From NCBI RefSeq assembly GCF_026571515.1, contig NW_026864813.1, positions 248,001 through 312,000 of the forward strand: a stretch of DNA of 64,000 nucleotides, read 5' to 3'. The notes beneath the pieces were generated by a model that was not told the origin of the DNA, searched no databases, and saw nothing but the letters and a program-made list of their open reading frames with translations. The DNA is from Ruditapes philippinarum (lineage: Eukaryota). A program made the translations under genes and the position numbers. This document shows, piece after piece, positions 26,601 through 38,470 of this stretch (position 1 is the stretch's first letter; each line of letters starts with the position of its first letter).

Positions 26601-28072
26601 TTTCATAATTTCTAATTTTAACCTCGGGAAAACCAATGCTGAGTAGGTGATTTTTATGATTTCTAGAACAAACATGGCAAGTTGGCAAAAACAGTTTTGC
26701 CTAAATTATCTCTATTTTTACAAGTTTATTTGTTAAGAATTACTTTAAATAATTTTATTAACAAAAATCAACAAGTTGTTTGACGTTCACGGATAATTGT
26801 ATTTTGATAGTTCTTCTAATGTCTATGTTAAAATCAATTTGATTGCATGGCTAATCGAGAAATCCGAATTATAAGTTATGGAGGCGAAACATATACGGTT
26901 GTCATCAGATCTACATAAAGAAATAAGTAGACATGAACTTTATTCAGATTTGTCTTTAAATGTGGTTTGACCAACATCTGCATTAATATTTTAAAAGAAC
27001 TATAATTACATCGAAAACATTACACATATTTTTCAGTGCTTTGCAAGTACATGACATATGTGTATATTTTTTCCATCCTTTTGCTGACCGGCTTGATCTT
27101 GATCTAATGAATATTTAATTTTCTGAAAAAAAGAGAAAGAACAATAACAGCATAAATAGAGCAACAAAAAGCAACAACAAAAAAACAACAACAACAACAA
27201 CAGCAACATGAACAATAACATGAAACAAAAAAAAAACCAAAAAACAAAACAAAAAACACAACAAAACGTTAATGCGCACTGCTGTTTCTATCAGGATACA
27301 ATATGTTTTTGCCAAATAACATTGTTTGGTTTGATGTTTGATATCTGGAAAAAAATTCCATATTCTGCTTCCCTTTCTTGATCTTGTTGATATTTACTGT
27401 GATTTTGTATCGTATGTTACTGTAAAGTAAGCAAAATGAAGAAATTTAAAAACTAATGATTACAATTCAAGCTATATTTTCGAGAAAGTGAAACAAATAC
27501 GTATATTTTCAAGTCATTTTATGCTTATTTTGAAAACACGGATAATATTACTGAACGATATAACCTGTATCAAGAGAATAAATATAAGTGATGTATCAGT
27601 TGTGATAAAATGAATAGTTATAATTTCAGCTCATGACAATGCTCTTTCTGCCCAAGGATGCCTCACATACGACAGCCTGAAACGGTCATTATCCCAAAGC
27701 AATTGTTCACGAGCGTTATATAGCGTATGCAGTAGGTCAGTGTTTGGTAACAACGACACCGATATACTAGAGAACGCTGTCTTTAAACAAATGTTAAAAG
27801 ATATGACCCTGGATAGAACGAACACAGCCGTTAGTAGACGACATCGGATGAGCATAAATAACGATCACCGTTGGTCTGTGAGAGCTACTGGGGTTATTGG
27901 CCTGCTAATTATTGGTGTTGTTATGGGTTTAATGGTACTGAGTGACTTGACAAAGCTAAGTGGTTGTCAGTGTTACAGGTTGTGTAAATGTTGTAAAAGA
28001 ATATCTCGTACGTCGAAAGATAAAAATTTAAAAATGTTGAACAAAAACCCGCAAACTTCAAGCCAATGCTGA
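23700..28072 (+). CDS. Gene A: type-I membrane protein, SP - C-type-lectin-like domain - Thr/Lys-rich mucin stalk - CTL-like domain - basic juxtamembrane motif - TM - Cys-rich tail (~585 aa)
   Basis: Exons 23700-23751 (MHTFIHFLCLMVSPFLP), 24442-24657 (WKECNGVFYYFSAKKYNWDDSLQFC...YWI), 24917-25777 (C..C..SCNTIAYPIC plus mucin), 25999-26184 (YNYTFAREYC...YWIK), 27630-28072 (CLTYDS..NCSRALYSVC; TM GVIGLLIIGVVMGLMVLSD). All introns phase 1; intron 3 needs a GC donor. Confidence 0.8.
27150..27270. repeat. (AAC)n / A-rich low-complexity tract in intron of gene A
   Basis: aacaacaacaacaacaacagcaac...aaaacaaaac. Confidence 0.75.
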
Positions 28073-29816
28073 AAATATGCAAACAGTATTTCTTAAAGAT
28101 TGTAGCATTAGAATATGAAGGTCATATTGACCGTCTGCATCGAAATCACCACAATATTTTTAAGACAAGATAAAAGTAATTTTGTTATGAAACAGACTAT
28201 TCTTCGCGGGTTCACATTTGTTGCGAGTACTTGTTTGTTCGATTTTATTCTTCCGCAATTACTGGAATGTCAGCTGTTCTCTCAGTTACTTGTACTAATT
28301 TGATACTTATTGTTTTCATCGCTCTGATCTGAATGAAATTCAATTCTGTAATTTATTAAGTTATTTCATAATTATGTGGAATAATTCATTACAAATATTT
28401 ATATTTAGTTTCATAATATTTTATTGTATACTTTGTACATGAAAAAATTTACACAATCTAACATCATACTACAATTTACATACAGAAGAGTTGGACCAAA
28501 ACTTATGGGAGCTTCCTTATGGGAGAATTCACAGAATAGTTTTGACAATTTTGTTTTTCCATTTTCTTAGTTTCTTTTCCCACATTAAACGTTCGACGCA
28601 CAAAACTGCAATCAAAAATACGAACAATAAATATCCTCTCCATTAACATGCACTGATCTTAAAAGCAATGCCACATTGCGACGAATACAGATCCTCAATC
28701 ATGAAGTTGGTTATAAAATAACAACCTCGTCACCAAGAAGATATTGCCTCTCAACTCGCATTATTTGGTGTTACTGCTACCACTTTTTTTACTAACTAAC
28801 CCTTCGTACTTGTCACTGTCGAATAACTCTTTTTATTGTGATGGAAATATGTTCTCCATTCATTGCATGGATAGTGTAAATATTATAGTCAGGTTTCATC
28901 ATTTCGGACACCCACTGCCCATATTTACCATTTTGTCACTGGCATTGGAATATGTCTTAGTTTGTGTCATAGGAAAATTCATATTGTCATCAATGATAAA
29001 ACGAGTGCAACGGCGAGTGTTTTGAAAAACGTTGACTTTATTATGACGTTGCATTAAATTGACATTCAGCGTGCGCCGGCGTATGATAGGTGGGTGTTTT
29101 AATTCTTCATTTACATGTATTTCTTGTTATTTGTTTTCTACGAAAACACACATATTTGATGAAGAAGAAGTAGAACTCTAACAGAGATGCATTATAAAAA
29201 ATATTTCCATGATTGGTAAAACATAATCATTGTCATTGCCAAAGTAATGTAGACTTTTTAAACATAGGCTCTAGAATAGCAATCTCGTCATCACCAGTCG
29301 TTAAGGCACATTATGCCTCAGGTTGACTTTATATCTCAGTTACTTTTGATATCCTATCATAGTTTCCAACAAGTTGCCATAGATTCACTTACGTATTTGC
29401 CAGTTAAACGAACCATACTTTGATCTGTTGTTCTTCGGCACATAACACAGTTATAGTTTTTCAGTATTTGTATGAAAGACAAAGTTGTTATATGACAAAA
29501 AATGTCGCATTAAGCACCACTTCTTTCAGATATTAAGCATCTAAGATGCTCTAAAAAAGAGAAAAACAGAACCCTTAAAGAACGCATAGAACGACGAAAC
29601 TGTAAGCTACCTACCATGCAATCATTATTAAAAATCATAGCAGATAAGGAAAATTGATTCATTTCTTTGTACACATCATTTGATTCCATATGTATATCAT
29701 CCTAATATTTATATAAATGGATATTTTAATGCATTCGATGTACGAAACACATTTTATACACTCTTTACAATTAATCAAAACTTTGACCCCAATGCTGCTA
29801 GATGTGAATGTTTTAC

Positions 29817-30200
29817 AAGCCTCGCCTTGACAAAACCAACATAATGCATTTCCGATCAGCAGAGATCCAGTTCAGCCTTCGCATCCGGTATCAGTTTCTC
29901 TACTTGTTATAGGGTTTGTAAGCGACAAAACCAACATAATGCGTTTGCGATCAGCAGAGATCCAGATCAGCCTGCGCATCCGGTATCAGTTTCTCTACTT
30001 GTTATATGGTTTGTAAGCGACAAAACCAACATAATGCGTTTGCGACCAGCCTGATCAGGATCCATGCTGTTCGCTTACAAATCCTATACCACGTAGAGAA
30101 ACTGATAGCGAACAGCATGAATCCTGATCAGACTGCGCAGGCTGATCTGGATCCGTGCTGATCGCAAACGCATTATGTTGGTTTTGTCATGGCGCAGCTC
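29817..30200. mobile_element. Second copy of the Sola-like MITE with internal ~95-bp triplication of the left arm
   Basis: gacaaaaccaacataatgc at ~29829, ~29924 and ~30019; right TIR ends gcagctc-atat, followed by (AC)n(AT)n. Confidence 0.8.
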
Positions 30201-30206
30201 ATATAT

Positions 30207-30240
<34 letters not shown>

Positions 30241-31569
30241 TTGTGTTTGTGTGTTCATACACTTATTGATAGACTGGCATCTGTCCTTACGAATAATATC
30301 AGTATTATTATACAAATGTTGACTTTTTGTATCACTAAGTGATAGAATTCCTTGTTAACTTTTTTGTATTGCTAAAAAATACTGTGTTACTTAATGATTT
30401 ATAAAGTATTGATATTGACCATTTGGCTAAATTAAATGCTTATTTGTTCGCATGGGCATACTGCCCGGATGTAATCTGAAATAAACTCATGAAACACATA
30501 AAAATATTGCGTAACCCTTTTATTTAGAAAGAGCTTTATCACTAGAATTCACCAAGATCAGCAGGCGCGAAAGTACAGTTTTACTTATATTACTTTGATT
30601 GATATATTTCTCCTGTTTAGTTCCTTGACATTGAGATAACTTATACAACGACCGTGTTATGGGTTGTACTCAAGTAAGTATGGATCATTCACATTAATTT
30701 TTTCCGCTAAATGAGAATCAAAATTGTTCGAATGGCACTATTATCTCTTTCATCTCAGGCATCAGTGGCTTATGCCGTAAATTTCCACACTCTATTGTCA
30801 TTTGTTGAGTACTAATGCGTTCTTTTCAGCGTGATTATATAATTCAACACTGTTGAAAACGATTGGAAAGAGAAAAGCTCATTATAAATGCTTATATATG
30901 AATTCTTTTTGTTTTTGATTCATTTATGCCAAACAATTTTTATATTTTTAAAATGTTATCGTATGTCCCAGCTTTAACTCACACCAACACTATTAATAAG
31001 CAACTCATTACAAGGTTATATATATTTTTGATGCCTGAAAGGTTTAAGGTTATAAGGACTGTAATGTCCAGACCAAAATTCAGCCTTCAGGTAGCAGGAG
31101 ATTCTACCAATGGAAGCCGTGCAAACCGAGATCAACTAGTCGTGTTGTCTGGCCATGATTTGCTCTGATCGCTCTTCAGTTTCTACATATTTTGAATTTT
31201 GCCTTAAATGTTTTGTTGTCCAGGTACAAGGTGGTTCCACAATTAAAGATATTTAGGGTTGTAATGATTAAAACATAAAATGTGTGGCGTTTAGTTAATT
31301 CGTAGTAAACGTTCTGGAAAAAGTTCAAGAAAAAACAACAAAAGAAAACATTATTACCAACATCAATTAAACCACATGATGATTCTTCAAAGAATAAGGA
31401 ATTCCATAGCCAAAGGTAAGTCATGGTTAACATTTTACGGGTGGTGTGTTTCCACATCTTCATAAAAACAAAATATGATATCAGGAAACAAATAATCAAC
31501 CAATTATTGTATTAATTGGGAACGTTTAATATATAATGTACTATTTAATTAAGTACCAGTATTTGCTAT

Positions 31570-31990
31570 TTTACATTTTTAAAATCGGAATGCCTTTGAT
31601 TTTCGAGAAATAAAAGGTATTATAAAGACAGAATGATACATAGAAAGTATTATGATACTTTGTCCACCATTATATAGGGTGCAGGATTTTGTAATATTAT
31701 CGTTTGATAATTCCATATTAATTGCAGACTCTAAAAAATATAAATAAATCAATACTTATATTGATAATATTCAAAATGATGAAACTTGTAACACGTTAAA
31801 AACAGTTCATCTGAGGCCCAGAAGCCTAAATACACTAAATTTTGAAAATCTTACATAGAACAACTTAGGCACTTAAAATTGAAAATAAGAAAAATATGTA
31901 AATATGTATTCAGACTATCACCGAAATCAATATCTAAAACGATTCTTAGTCTTGTCGAGTGAAATGTGTGTCATTTTCAAATCATTTTTA
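31570..31990 (+). repeat. Dispersed degenerate repeat related to 21700-22330
   Basis: Shared blocks as noted for the 21.7-kb copy. Confidence 0.45.
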
Positions 31991-32495
31991 TCTTTATCAG
32001 AAACGAATATTCTTGAAAACCTTATTGAGCGAACGATCTGAAATTTTACACATTAGTAATGAAACAAAGAAATTGAAATCAGAAAAAATGTGCATTTATT
32101 CTGACATGTTTTGTTCAAGTAATCCATGTGGTTCATTTTAAATCAGTAATCATAACAACGATATTAGCGATGATAAAATCTTTATTTCAAGAAGTAACTT
32201 AAAAAAGCAAAACAACAATTACAAACCCACCCACAAAGAAAAAGCCACACACAGAGAAAAACTCACTAAAGGCGTTTTAAAAAATGACTTCATCTGGCCA
32301 GAGTCTTCCTTAATATGTAATGTTCAACTAGGAGCATAAACGTATGGATGGACTGATATCTAAACTATCACATGGTATAGCAAGTCCTTATTAGAAAAAA
32401 CTTTATAAAATGCAATATTATAAGAAAATTGATAAACAATGTTTAGATCAACAAATGTCGATATCAAAGTTTTATTTGAAGTTATATTTGAATAA

Positions 32496-35400
32496 TTATC
32501 CTCCTGCGTTGCCATCTCTTACAGGACTGGACTTTCTTTGTTGTCTAAGGTGCTTCCACATAGATTGCACGTGCTCTTTTGTCATCTTGAATTGAACTGG
32601 TTCATACTTGTACGGTTTGAGGTGGACATCTGTCTCATCCAGTTCATTGTCTGTTATAATGTTTGCTGAAAGATAAAAACATATATGAAAGAAAATTTGT
32701 TTTATGTGAATGAAAATAAAATCTCGCTTAGAAAATGATAAGAAAATAATCGCAATATTAAATTATGTGTTATTCCTATCTTCCCCATCCTATCAACCCA
32801 ACCATAGCAGACATACACATTTAGAAAATTGCATACGTAATAAATTTAACCATGCACCACAGATAAATTTCCGGAATTTGAAAAGGATTCTATTTCTGTC
32901 ATATCAAATATTTGCATATACACATACAGATGTCTATTCATTTTTTACAATATTTTCTATGTTTAGGTTTAAGTATCTTATCACAAAAAGAGCAGAGAAA
33001 TATATAGCTATGGTGAATAAATTTGTGTTTTAATCGCAGAAGCTTATGATAATAAATAACATGCAAATGTGCACTTTCTTATCGGTAACGTTCATATTCT
33101 TTCGGGTAATGTATTCACTTTATTTCCATACCCGTGCCGCTTTAACGACTCCGTAAAAATGGTATTGCCTTTTCAATACTCGCTACAGCTGCTAAGTGAG
33201 GGTAGCAAATTTTACGAAATCATACGCAGTTATCTGAACAACAAAAAGAAGAGCGGGCAAAACATCTGCCATCATTTAAATTAAAACCAGGTTTCTTACC
33301 GCCTATCCAGAAAGAATTGGCTTTAGAAACGGGATTAGAAAATATCCTAAAGTAATTAACGAAACTGCTGGTTTGCTTGTACACGCTGCAATTGTAATTG
33401 ATGAAGTATTTCTTCTTGCCAACTTTAAGCCAGGCTGGTTCTCCTATTATGTAGAAAAGGTAATTTAATTATAACAGAATTATGATGTCCAATGATAAGA
33501 AATTAATATTTTGTTAACAACAAGAAGATTTCGGAATAAATAAAAAAGCAAGCATGTGTTTTTCAAATATTTCATTACATTTTATAAAAAAAGAAAAGAT
33601 TTGAACTGAAGAAATAAAAAGTGCAGAGCTTACCCGAAGTTTTAGATAGAGCAAGAGTGTTTACTTTTGCTTTAAAATTTATTAAAGGCTTTGTAGTGCT
33701 ACTTGATGAGGTATATGTTGGCTTTGTAGTGCTACTTGATGAGGTATATGTCTGTTTTGTAGTGCTACTTGATGACGTATATGTCGGCTTTGTAGTGCTA
33801 CTTGATAACGTATATGTTTGCTGTGTAGTGCTACTTGATGACGTATATGTTTGCTGTGTAGTGCTACTTGATGACGTATATGTTTGCTGCGCAGTGCTTC
33901 TTGGTGACGTATATGTTTGTTGTGTAGTGCTACTTGGTGACGTATATGTTTGCTGCGTAGTGCTTCTTGGTGACGTATATGTTTGTTGTATACTTGACTG
34001 TGTTTGAGTTGTCGTGCCCGGTTTATCACTCATGCAGAACATCATAAACTGAAACTGTGCACTTTTATTGGCTGCTATATGCACATAAGGTCCACTGTAT
34101 TGCATAACACTACCCTCCTCCTTACCCGACGGACACGACACACCTAAAAAAATTAAGGAACAAATTTGAGAATAAACTGCGTTTCAATTCACCAAGAAAA
34201 ATATTTTAAGACATGTACAACTTATTTCGAAAAAAATCCCACCCCACCCCCCAAAAAAATACAACAACATAGAATAACTCTTCTTTTTCGTTTGTATTTT
34301 TCTGGTCGGTCGTACATATACCTCATTCAAAACTTATTAATAGCAAAAGGATGGGTATCTTAGGCAGAAAGAAAAAGAACAAAAAACTAGTTTTAGTATT
34401 TAAAGAGAAATATTTAGTGCCACCCCTTCGGTAGAAAACGCAATTGAAAATCATAATAGTTTAAGAAATAACATCAACTTTGTTAGTATGGCATGGAGAA
34501 CCAAAATAAAATCCATTCAAAATCAGTTATCCCTAATATCAATTCAGCTTTGGAATGAATTATCAATAAATTTAAGAGGACCAGACACTTGAGCAAAGTT
34601 TAAAAGAAAACTGAAAGAAATGTTTAAATCTTCCGTCTTTTTTATAAACAGTGAGCGTTCACCAACAGTACACCACAGACGCCTTAGAAATAATTGCAGG
34701 AGTTTTAATTCCGACTTGTATAACAATCATATTGTTCAAACAAAACCAAGCTTTTGAATGTGGTGCTTTTAAATTAATAGAAGACACTGAACATTTTTTT
34801 TTATTTCATTGCCAAAACTATACCATCAAAAGATAGATCATTTTAGAAATACTAGAGAATTCTACCCTCTCGGGACAGAAAAGTTACTTTTTGGTGTAAA
34901 TACTTTAAATGTTTCTCAAAACATGTCCCTCATTTTATTAAAGAAATGAAAAGGTTTCGATAATTTAACATCATTTTGAATTTCTTTTTTACTTTGTTTT
35001 TATAATTCTATACAAATTGATATTACTATCGTCAATTGTTTTAAACAATAATAAGAATTTTTTCAGAACCCTCAAAAACAGAAAAAAAAACTTTTAAGGA
35101 AAATTGTTTGAGTAAAAATATTAAATTCTCTTTAATCCACAGAAAATTTAAAAAACTACAAATAGCTTTTTTAACAAAAAAATTTTCTTGTAAAAAAATT
35201 TTACATGGAAAGTTCCGGTTTTAAGTCTTGCGGGCCCCCTATAAGTATTTTTCCAGAAAAAACTGAACATTTTTTTTTGCATGTTTTTAGTAGAACATAA
35301 AATAAAACCCTGTAAACACTTTTAGAAAAAAAAAATTCAATTAAAATTGAACATATTTTGAAACTGTTGACTCAACATTAAATTGGAAATTTAACATTTA

Positions 35401-37098
35401 CTAAAAAAACGTTAAATTTTTAAGCGAAATTCTTACCAACCCAATTTTAACCATTTTTTAGGGTTAAAAAACCCCAAAAAAAACCCATTCCCCATTTTTT
35501 TTTTTATAAATGCCATCCCTTTTAATTTAATTTTGAAATTTTTTTTCAACATTTAATCTTTAAAGGATTAAAATGAAAATTTTTTTCTCGGTAAAAGAAA
35601 ATTCATTTTTTGTTTAAAAAAGAAGTTTTTAAAAATAAAAAACACACGCAACAGAGGGAAAGTATAAAAATTTCAGAAAATTATTAATTTACTTATTAAT
35701 AAGTTTTTTTTTCGTTTTTTTTTCTATTATTAATGTTTTAGTTCTCAGTATAAAATATAATATCATACTTTGCAAATGTCTCTTTTTTACATTGAAGTTT
35801 AGATAACATTACAGTCAGCTTTTTATGGGAGGGGTCAAAACCTTTTGAATATTAAAAAAATGATTGAATGAAAAGGAAATACCTGGACTGTTTAACCAAA
35901 ATTCGACTTTCATGCGTCCTGTTATTCCAAGCTCTTTGCCCAAAAGTCCCATATAAGTGTAGTTTCCGCCAGCAAATAACTGACCACGCATTTTGTTTTG
36001 GCATTGATATTTTGCATGACAATAGGTGTATTCAGTGCGAGATAACTTGTAATATAGCCCTTGTCCACCAACTCTAACCCAATCTGAAAAAAAGTAACCC
36101 AAGAGAAATACAAAACTAAAAAATCAAAATTTAAGAATTTAAGAAAAATTCATTACTTATTGATTAACAATGAACTGTTTGCATGAACCGAGTAATTTTA
36201 TTAAATCATATAATTATCATTAGCTGATGAATGGCTTGTTATATTGTTACACAGCGGATAGATCTGACCTAACGAATCTACCACTTATTTTTGCTTAGCC
36301 TGTAAATAAACATCAGCCAAAACTTCATGCATTTTATTTTATTAATAAGGAAATGCAGTATACGACTAACTCGTATATGAACAAATTTACTTAGTTCTCA
36401 ATCTAATCTTAATCTTCTTTAATGATATACAAATCACAGAAATTCAAACAAGTAGTTTATTATACATGTATATAATTACTATATTTTTGTAAAAAAACTA
36501 CACCCAACAACCAAATGAAGTTTCTTTTAAATTAAAACATCACACAAACAAGCCGATAAACCAGCAGGAATGTTAATAAAAACATATTTCAGTACATTAG
36601 AATAGTTTTTTTGTAATCTTTTCTCAAATTAGAGTTGTATAAAGAAGATTCCATCGATTTCAAACGGAAACAGAATATTAATATATCAAGAAGATATTAT
36701 TTTGTGAAGTAAAGTGCTAACCATGATTTAATGTGTGACTACTGTTCGATGTCTTGCAGAATGATTTTTCTTTTTCGCAGATAGGATTCATAAATGACGA
36801 GCATTGTTCATTTTGGTTAATGGCCACATTACTTCCATCGAATATAATTGTCCGGCACATAGGCATAGACGGATCTGTAATGTATATGGAATATGTAGTC
36901 ATTTTATTTAAATTTGAATTAACATGATAAATATAAATTCCGTCTAATATCATTTTAATCAATTTCAGAAGCCAGGTAATTTGGACGTGCACGTAGAAAT
37001 ATATTATTGCTGTTCTTCTGATAATGACACAGTTTGAAATGTATTAGTGATAGTGAGTTCTAGAAAAAAAAACTACAAAGATGATTATTATTATTATT

Positions 37099-37136
<38 letters not shown>

Positions 37137-38470
37137 AATAATGATGATAACAATAATAATAATATTACTGATGTAACATTAACAATGGTGATCTTAGTTT
37201 ATTGCGAGCATAAGCTGTTTTTGTTCCACATATACACCTATTTTCTATTGAAATAAGGCATAATACGCCTTGCTTGTATAAATCGATTAACTGAATGTGC
37301 TCTTTCTTATTACGTGCATTTTCGAGATTATGTATACATTAGTCAAATACAGTACGATGTAGCCTTTGGCCCTGTTTATATCAATATGTAGTTTCATTAG
37401 TACAATGACATTAAGTTATTAAATGTGAAAGATATTGCTCACATTCCATATTTATCCAGTATGGTGTATGATCTATCTTGGAAACGTGACATAGATTAAA
37501 CAACTGTGCAATGCCTTGTGACGTCATGGAACCTAAATCTACTGGTGCACTTCCAGACAAATTCCTACAATGCCCTATTAGGCTGTCATATGGCATTGTG
37601 ACTTTATCAAAATGGTAACACTTGTCCCTGCATGCATGCCAGCCCGAATTTTGCCCACATTCTGAAACACGAACAATTTTCAGTATGCATACTTGGAATA
37701 AAAATACCAAGAAAAACAACAAAACAACATAAAATTTTATGCAATATGGAAAATGGTTATTTACAAGTCATACTGACGTCAATTAAACGTCAAACGTATA
37801 TAATGTCAAATCGTTGATTACTCGCTAAATGCAGTTCCCTCCTCCGTTTTGAAATAGAAATAGAGTTACATAGTCTAAAACTGCAATGTTGAAAATAATG
37901 CTGGCGTAGTTTGATTGAGCTTGTTCACAGTAGTGGTAAATGAAAGCTACCGTTCACATCCCTAGCAACAGCGTAAACAGAATGCAACATCTAAATAAGA
38001 AATTGTGAATTTTTTCTTTTTTAAATATTCGTTATAAACATTTTCTCCGATGGTACATTTTGTATTTATCTTTGCAGGTCTAGCGAAAAATAGAAATATA
38101 TTAATTACATCTATTATATAAATATAATTTTATAATACTACTATATCATACAAAGAATATTGCCAAGATCTTGAAATTAAACAAGTAAAAAGTGAAGTGT
38201 GTATATTATATTCATCAAAATCACGATCTATCAGAACTTTCTAATCCACCCATACCATTGCAGTTATGTTAAAAGGCAGGTCATGACTCCATCATGCTTT
38301 ATGTTAAAACATTTTACAATACATTTTCCCTTTAAATGATAGTCGACAAAGACTTAAATAGAAATGATACAAAGCTTTAATTAATAACAAATAAAATCTT
38401 TAAAAATGAAATTACCACATGTCCTGATGAGGCCTGCAACAATTATGACTCCAAGTACTGTTGCAATCAT
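32496..38470 (-). CDS. Gene B: secreted multi-C-type-lectin-like protein with Ser/Thr repeat spacer and unique C-terminal tail (~483 aa)
   Basis: Exons 38470-38416 (MIATVLGVIIVAGLIRTC), 37661-37443 (WHACRDKCYHF..HC..PYWI), 36874-36722 (MCRTIIF..CSSFMNPICE), 36083-35883 (YTYCHAKYQC..FWL), 34143-33634 (C..GPYV..MFC plus repeats), 33443-33300 (WLKVGKKKYF..FWIG), 32665-32496 (TDNELDETDVHL..). All GT-AG, phase 1, total 1452 nt in frame; no TM segment. Confidence 0.82.
33688..33992 (-). repeat. Coding 33-bp tandem repeat (~9 x QQTYTSSSSTT) in gene B exon 5
   Basis: gtagtgctacttgatgacgtatatgtttgctgt unit repeated. Confidence 0.92.
34430..34970 (+). mobile_element. Decayed 3' end of a CR1-like LINE in intron of gene B
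   Basis: Translates in pieces to ..WNELSINLR..TLSKFKRKLK.. and ..ECG..EDTEHFFLFHCQNY (LINE ORF2 C-terminal zinc-finger region). Confidence 0.65.
37080..37166. repeat. Compound microsatellite (ATT)n(GAT)n(AAT)n
   Basis: Directly visible. Confidence 0.9.

Noticed and set aside
33621-34029. Overlapping ORFs (VVLLDDVYVCC and KHIRHQVAL repeats)
   Set aside because: Shadow frames of the 33-bp coding repeat in gene B.
37047-37256. Poly-Asp/Asn ORF (and similar ORFs at 27033-27315, 46516-46743, 50881-51246)
   Set aside because: Translations of intronic microsatellites.
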